Shown: piece after piece, positions 28,418 to 32,000 of the stretch
Layout of the letters: every line of letters starts with the position of its first letter
How positions within the stretch are numbered: the stretch's first letter is position 1
Origin: Planctopirus limnophila DSM 3776
GTDB taxonomy: Bacteria > Planctomycetota > Planctomycetia > Planctomycetales > Planctomycetaceae
Reading direction: 5' to 3'
Assembly: GCF_000092105.1 (NCBI RefSeq)
Contig: NC_014148.1
Span: forward strand, 2,700,001 to 2,732,000
Length of the DNA: 32,000 nt
Program-made: the position numbers and the translations under genes
The notes under the pieces: generated by a model
The model's input: the letters and a program-made list of their open reading frames with translations, nothing else
What the model was told of the DNA's origin: nothing
Databases searched by the model: none

Positions 28418-29260
28418 TTACACCGCAGAGCAGGGGGGCGGGGGTCGTTTTGCGATCCTTTTCTGTGGTCTGGCAATCGACTCCGGTCCCTTCGAGGCGA
28501 GCAGCTCCAGCCGCTTGGCCGCAATCTCGCAGTATGCCTCGGAAAGCTCGATTCCGATGGCCCTCCTGCCGCTGGCCTGGGCAGCCACCAGAGTGGTGCC
28601 AGAACCGGCAAACGGATCCAAAACCATGCCACCTGCCGGGCAGATCTGCACCAGCTCCAGCAGCAAGGCCGTGGGCTTGCCGGTCATGTGGTGTTTATCG
28701 TCCTGCCGCACCTGATGCCGCAGACACCCGGGAAAGGGGCCTGTATCCGATCGGTTTGCACACTTCCCAAGAGTCCCCCAGGGGATGAATTCGCACTGGT
28801 GCCGTATGTAGCCTTTGTGCGGTGCTCTGGAGGCCAGCCCCTTATCCCAGGCCATTGTGCCGCGGTGAATGAAATCGGCCCCCTGCATGGCGTTGGTGAT
28901 TGTCGGGAGTTGCCGCCAATCGGTGAAGACCATCGCATATGAGGTTTCCCGAAGTGATCTCCGGCAGAGCTTCAGCCAGAGCATCGACCACCAGCCATAA
29001 CTGATGGAATCCTTGTTGTCGCCGTCGAAACTCACCCGCCCGCAATTTTGGCCATTTTGGCAATACTTGAGCCGTGGGTCGCATTTCGCTCCCCCACCGG
29101 CGGCCCCCGAGCAATAGGGGGGATCGGTCAACAGCGTATCGACCACCAGGCCGCTCAATTTCGGCAGCACCTCGAACAGATCGCCGTGGTAAAGCGTCAC
29201 GGCACCGCTTTGAAAATAGGGGGACATCCTTGCCTCCGAGAATGGGAAGAATCGGCACAA
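28418..29260 (-). CDS. Beta-class N6-adenine/N4-cytosine DNA methyltransferase (N6_N4_Mtase type), orphan
   Basis: Motif IV TDPPY lies near the N-terminus and motif I VLDPFAGSGTT near the C-terminus, which is the beta-class order. ATG 29227 with GGAGG 7 nt upstream is the likely start. No restriction endonuclease gene is adjacent. Confidence 0.9.
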   Translation of the reverse strand: MCRFFPFSEARMSPYFQSGAVTLYHGDLFEVLPKLSGLVVDTLLTDPPYCSGAAGGGAKCDPRLKYCQNGQNCGRVSFDGDNKDSISYGWWSMLWLKLCRRSLRETSYAMVFTDWRQLPTITNAMQGADFIHRGTMAWDKGLASRAPHKGYIRHQCEFIPWGTLGKCANRSDTGPFPGCLRHQVRQDDKHHMTGKPTALLLELVQICPAGGMVLDPFAGSGTTLVAAQASGRRAIGIELSEAYCEIAAKRLELLASKGPESIARPQKRIAKRPPPPCSAV

Positions 29261-29399
29261 CTGACACGACCGGAGCCAATTCTGGAGGCGGAGGGCGAGC
29301 GGTCACGGCAAGCCGCTGGAGGTGTACTAATTTGGGAGTGATGCGGCGCATGGATGCCCCAGTGGGTGCATCCCGGCTGCGTGTTCAGTCGGTGATGTC

Positions 29400-29440
29400 G
29401 GCGGCGGGGTTGTTCGCGCAGCTCCGCCGCCACCTTTTTT
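29400..29440 (+). terminator. GC-rich hairpin plus T6, terminator-like on the + strand only
   Basis: ggcggcgggg(t) at 29400-29410 pairs with (g)ctccgccgcc at 29421-29431. That gives 8 G-C pairs plus G-U, G-C and U-G pairs, with a 10-nt loop. Next come acc and tttttt (29435-29440). On the minus strand no T-run follows the hairpin. Confidence 0.4.
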
Positions 29441-29517
29441 GTGACAGCACTCTTTGTTACCGCGGAATGAGCCCTTGCGCAAGCCCGGTCTTATCACACC
29501 TGAAATCAGCGTCCCAC

Positions 29518-30339
29518 CTAAGTTTTGTTCGGCAAACCGTCCACCGTTTGCGACGAAACCTTTTGATGATTCTGCAACATTACCTTTGCTGTTCTTGGCG
29601 GAACCCCTATTAACAACAGCCTGTCAATTATCTCAACAGGCGAAATTCCGCTGGCAATTCCATCTCGAATAATGCCCTCGGCGCGATCTAAAGAAAACAC
29701 TCCATCTAAATCGCGATTTCTTCTGACATCGACAAATGGAAATCGCTCCGTGACCATTTCAATTTGCCGAAGACGATGATTAAGCGACCTCGTGTTCTCA
29801 ACGATTTCCTCAAGGATGTCCTCCTTCGGCCTAGGTTCACTTGCCACAGATTCAGGAAACTGCAACAGCGCTGCATCAAACTTAGCCTTAAACGAACTCC
29901 AATATGTATCAAATACTTGCGTCAGAATTCGCTCATCAAGCGCATTAGCATCTAGGCAATTGTTCAACGTTCGAACCAACTCCCACACGCTGCTTCGCTC
30001 AGGCATTGTGTGATTGAATTGGGCAAGTGGATCTTCGAGATCTGATGGCTTCAAATCTACAAGAAAAGTGCATACACGATTCGAGGACAGGCCCTTTGCC
30101 AATGCACCAGACTCAAACAAAATCCAGGGGCGCTGACGATTTTCTTGGGTCAAGCAAACGATGCCAACTGACGTATCTTGCAGCTGGTCATGAATTTCGC
30201 TGAACCACAAGGCACCACGATCGATGTCACGAGTGGAAAGCCATGGTCGGGTTGCCTGAAGGACACATTTGATCCAATCATTAAGAATCTCTGCGATTGC
30301 TCGACTTCTCTCACCCGACCAACTGATAAACACCTTCAT
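29518..30339 (-). CDS. TIR-domain protein with uncharacterised C-terminal domain
   Basis: 273 aa with ATG 30339 and GGAG 6 nt upstream. The N-terminus MKVFISWSGERSRAIAEILNDWI and RPWILFESGAL (Trp...Glu motif, candidate catalytic Glu76) match bacterial TIR_2-type domains. Residues from about 130 to 273 match nothing I recognise. Confidence 0.85.
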   Translation of the reverse strand: MKVFISWSGERSRAIAEILNDWIKCVLQATRPWLSTRDIDRGALWFSEIHDQLQDTSVGIVCLTQENRQRPWILFESGALAKGLSSNRVCTFLVDLKPSDLEDPLAQFNHTMPERSSVWELVRTLNNCLDANALDERILTQVFDTYWSSFKAKFDAALLQFPESVASEPRPKEDILEEIVENTRSLNHRLRQIEMVTERFPFVDVRRNRDLDGVFSLDRAEGIIRDGIASGISPVEIIDRLLLIGVPPRTAKVMLQNHQKVSSQTVDGLPNKT

Positions 30340-30480
30340 AGAATACTCCGAGATACTTCACATCCCCTAAACAGGGTTCACTACTGACATCAAAACCAAC
30401 TCTAGTCTAGTCGCAATTAGCGCAGCGTTTCGCCACCTGAAACACCAACAAAGCACGAAGTTCACACCGCTTATCTATTC

Positions 30481-30963
30481 TCAACGAGTGATACACTTCA
30501 AAATCTTCTCGTTTACCTGAATCTTTTTCTCCTTCTGCCGACCTGTCAAAGCTCGCTTTCTACGAATATCATTATAGAACTTGTACTCCCAATCATTAAT
30601 AAATCGCTGCTGGTGAGCGTATTCAATCATTGCGACATTGAAAGACCTTCCGGCATCCTCCCTCACATATCTAACCGACTTAAAAAGGTCATTTGACGCG
30701 ATTTGAAGAAAGTTATTAACACATACATTTCCAACCTCTGTGGTGACGTTAGTAAACTGATTAACAATCACACATATCTCATTGATCGGATACTGTCCGC
30801 ACGGGCATGTCAACGAAGTTTCCGAATGGTAGATCTGGTATAGACGCCACTCACTCCTCGCATGCTCCCAATCATCCGATTGACTGAGACATAAAATATG
30901 TTCGTGAAGCTTCTGTTGGTTCGACATTTCCAGACTCAGAAAGTTCTTCCCCAAAGAGTACAA
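30481..30963 (-). CDS. Hypothetical small protein with Cys cluster (CPCG-x8-C-x17-C)
   Basis: The ORF start at 30963 is TTG. ATG at 30927 (MSNQQKLHEH..., 148 aa) is more likely. It lies in the AT-rich stretch, co-directional between the S8 and TIR genes. I recognise no family. The C-terminus is basic (RRKRALTGRQKEKK). Confidence 0.55.
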   Translation of the reverse strand: MYSLGKNFLSLEMSNQQKLHEHILCLSQSDDWEHARSEWRLYQIYHSETSLTCPCGQYPINEICVIVNQFTNVTTEVGNVCVNNFLQIASNDLFKSVRYVREDAGRSFNVAMIEYAHQQRFINDWEYKFYNDIRRKRALTGRQKEKKIQVNEKILKCITR

Positions 30964-31034
30964 TTAGAAGCCCCCACAGCTTCCACGCCAATCGCGCAAA
31001 CGAAATTGAGACTCTCCAACACACATTTCACGCC

Positions 31035-32000
31035 TCACGAACGACGACGCACACGAATTCGAGATGCAAGTCTCAGATCCTGGGCCCCCCAAGACAGTTT
31101 CTCCATCTCAGTAACCATTTCATTGTATACATTTGCCTTCCCTTCCGGGTCCCGGATTGTAAGAAGCAAAACAAGCTTTTGGGGTTCCTTACACCTGAAA
31201 CCATCACGATTAAGAATCTCTAGATGAAGACGCCAGTTCTTACAAATAGGCCCTGCGGTAAAGGCCCGATAATAAAACTTCAGAGGAGACCACTTAAACC
31301 CCTCAGAGACCATACGAGCCTCACCACCCCGAGTTACGTCTTTTGGAGCGGGCCTGAGTTGAGGATTATATACTTCTTTCCCCGTTTCGTTATTCTTCAT
31401 TACTGTCCCTAAACTCGCCGTCAGGTTCGTACGACAGTACTCCATACCGAATCGCGCATCTGTAGGCGGATCGTAAGCTAAAGTCATGAAGACTTCCGCT
31501 CGCAATCCTTTATTGGGAATGACGAGAGAACTTGGCATGGGGAATTGATGCTTCTCAAAGAAATGGCGATCAGTCAATTCAGCATGAAAGATGACCGTAG
31601 CCGAGGACTGCGTGCAATTCAGAATTTCTGACACATCTCCCGGACTCCCAAAACCCTTATAACGAACATCCAGGGCATCTGGGCAGCCTGATCTAAGAAA
31701 TGCAGAATGGGCAATCAGTCCTTTGACATATGCCGGAGACAAATTGCCTTCTGGCTCAAGCTCGCGATATATGTTCGCGGCAATGTTTGAAATATGAGGA
31801 GCAGCAAAACTGGTACCAATATTCTCGGCCAGATTTCCGTGGCCATCTGTAGATACTACGCCGCATTGCAAGCAATCCCCAGTTTCATCACAGTTGCCAC
31901 CGTAGTGACTGACTTCTGGTTTAATGTAGAAATGTGGCGCGGGACCACGTCGCGAAAATCCCGAAGGTTCATCAATTCCAACACATGACGATTGATTACT
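31035..32000 (-). CDS. S8 (subtilisin-like) family serine peptidase, partial (N-terminus beyond the window end)
   Basis: The active-site serine motif GTSFAAPHISN is present. The track start at 31871 is a TTG inside a longer frame. I translated 31872-32000 in frame (SNQSSCVGIDEPSGFSRRGPAPHFYIKPEVSHYGGNCDETGDC) and found no stop, so the ORF runs off the window. The catalytic Asp and His must lie outside. A roughly 220-aa C-terminal extension follows the Ser motif. Confidence 0.88.
   Translation of the reverse strand, partial: SNQSSCVGIDEPSGFSRRGPAPHFYIKPEVSHYGGNCDETGDCLQCGVVSTDGHGNLAENIGTSFAAPHISNIAANIYRELEPEGNLSPAYVKGLIAHSAFLRSGCPDALDVRYKGFGSPGDVSEILNCTQSSATVIFHAELTDRHFFEKHQFPMPSSLVIPNKGLRAEVFMTLAYDPPTDARFGMEYCRTNLTASLGTVMKNNETGKEVYNPQLRPAPKDVTRGGEARMVSEGFKWSPLKFYYRAFTAGPICKNWRLHLEILNRDGFRCKEPQKLVLLLTIRDPEGKANVYNEMVTEMEKLSWGAQDLRLASRIRVRRRS

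Larger units (their letters stand above)
28334..32000. mobile_element. Left end of an integrated genomic island (tRNA-Leu-targeted), continuing beyond the window
   Basis: The truncated tRNA copy is oriented so that an element inserted in the tRNA 3' part would lie on the high-coordinate side. Gene content changes to a methyltransferase, a TIR protein, an orphan protein and an S8 protease. Hand counts of G+C per 60-nt line are 21/60 and 22/60 at 30661-30780 and 26/60 at 29701-29760, against 35/60 at 20521-20580. Confidence 0.6.

Noticed and set aside
28334-28418. Possibility that this is a complete, functional tRNA-Leu gene.
   Set aside because: I scanned the 60 nt 5' of the anticodon stem for any 7-mer able to pair (G-U allowed) with the 3' acceptor strand CTTGGGC, and for a D-stem complement. 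I found none. The 5' side runs into the methyltransferase stop codon.
28842-29613. ORFs 28842-29351 (-), 29074-29613 (+) and 29197-29433 (-) over the methyltransferase 5' region and the spacer.
   Set aside because: They are Arg/Pro/Gly-rich translations in alternative frames of a GC-rich gene with clear methyltransferase motifs. None has an SD, and none explains the + strand terminator convincingly.
31833-31853. TDGHGN in the S8 fragment as the catalytic His motif.
   Set aside because: It lies only about 14 residues before the catalytic Ser motif. In subtilases the His is well over 100 residues upstream of the Ser, so the true Asp/His motifs must be outside the window.
1-32000. Search for CRISPR arrays, rRNA, IS elements/transposases and integrases.
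   Set aside because: I found no regularly spaced direct repeats, no rRNA-like conserved stretches, and no ORF with DDE transposase or tyrosine/serine recombinase motifs. The island's integrase, if any, would lie beyond 32000.

Overview
This is a chromosomal segment that looks planctomycetal. It has two DUF1559 prepilin-like genes, each followed by a small lipoprotein, and a PSD1/PSCyt giant protein paired with DUF1501. Hand counts of single 60-nt lines give about 58% G+C in the core. Almost all genes are on the minus strand.

Core region, 1 to about 28.3 kb, left to right:
- A giant secreted Pro/Ala/Val/Gln-rich protein that runs off the left edge. It is absent from the ORF track because it has no stop in the window.
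- A signalling cluster: a membrane SpoIIE/PP2C phosphatase, a sigma54-type response regulator, a HAMP histidine kinase and a membrane PP2C phosphatase.
- An OMP-like protein, then DUF1501 + PSD1, then two DUF1559 + lipoprotein modules.
- An MBL hydrolase, DUF485-ActP, a KdgK-like kinase, a UxuB-like SDR and a PGPGW membrane protein.
- rsmH, a nitroreductase and a BASS-family transporter.

Accessory region, 28.33 kb to the right edge: the core ends at a 5'-truncated tRNA-Leu(CAG) copy that still has its own rho-independent terminator. I read this as an att-type junction of an integrated island that continues past the window. Within the window the island carries:
- an orphan beta-class DNA methyltransferase;
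- an oddly oriented terminator that coincides with a drop in GC;
- an AT-richer, co-directional cassette made of an S8 subtilase (N-terminus outside the window), a small Cys-cluster protein with no recognisable family, and a TIR-domain protein with an unknown C-terminal domain.

This TIR / small protein / S8 protease cassette is my best candidate for an undescribed, probably anti-phage, system. I found no rRNA, CRISPR array, transposase or integrase in the window.
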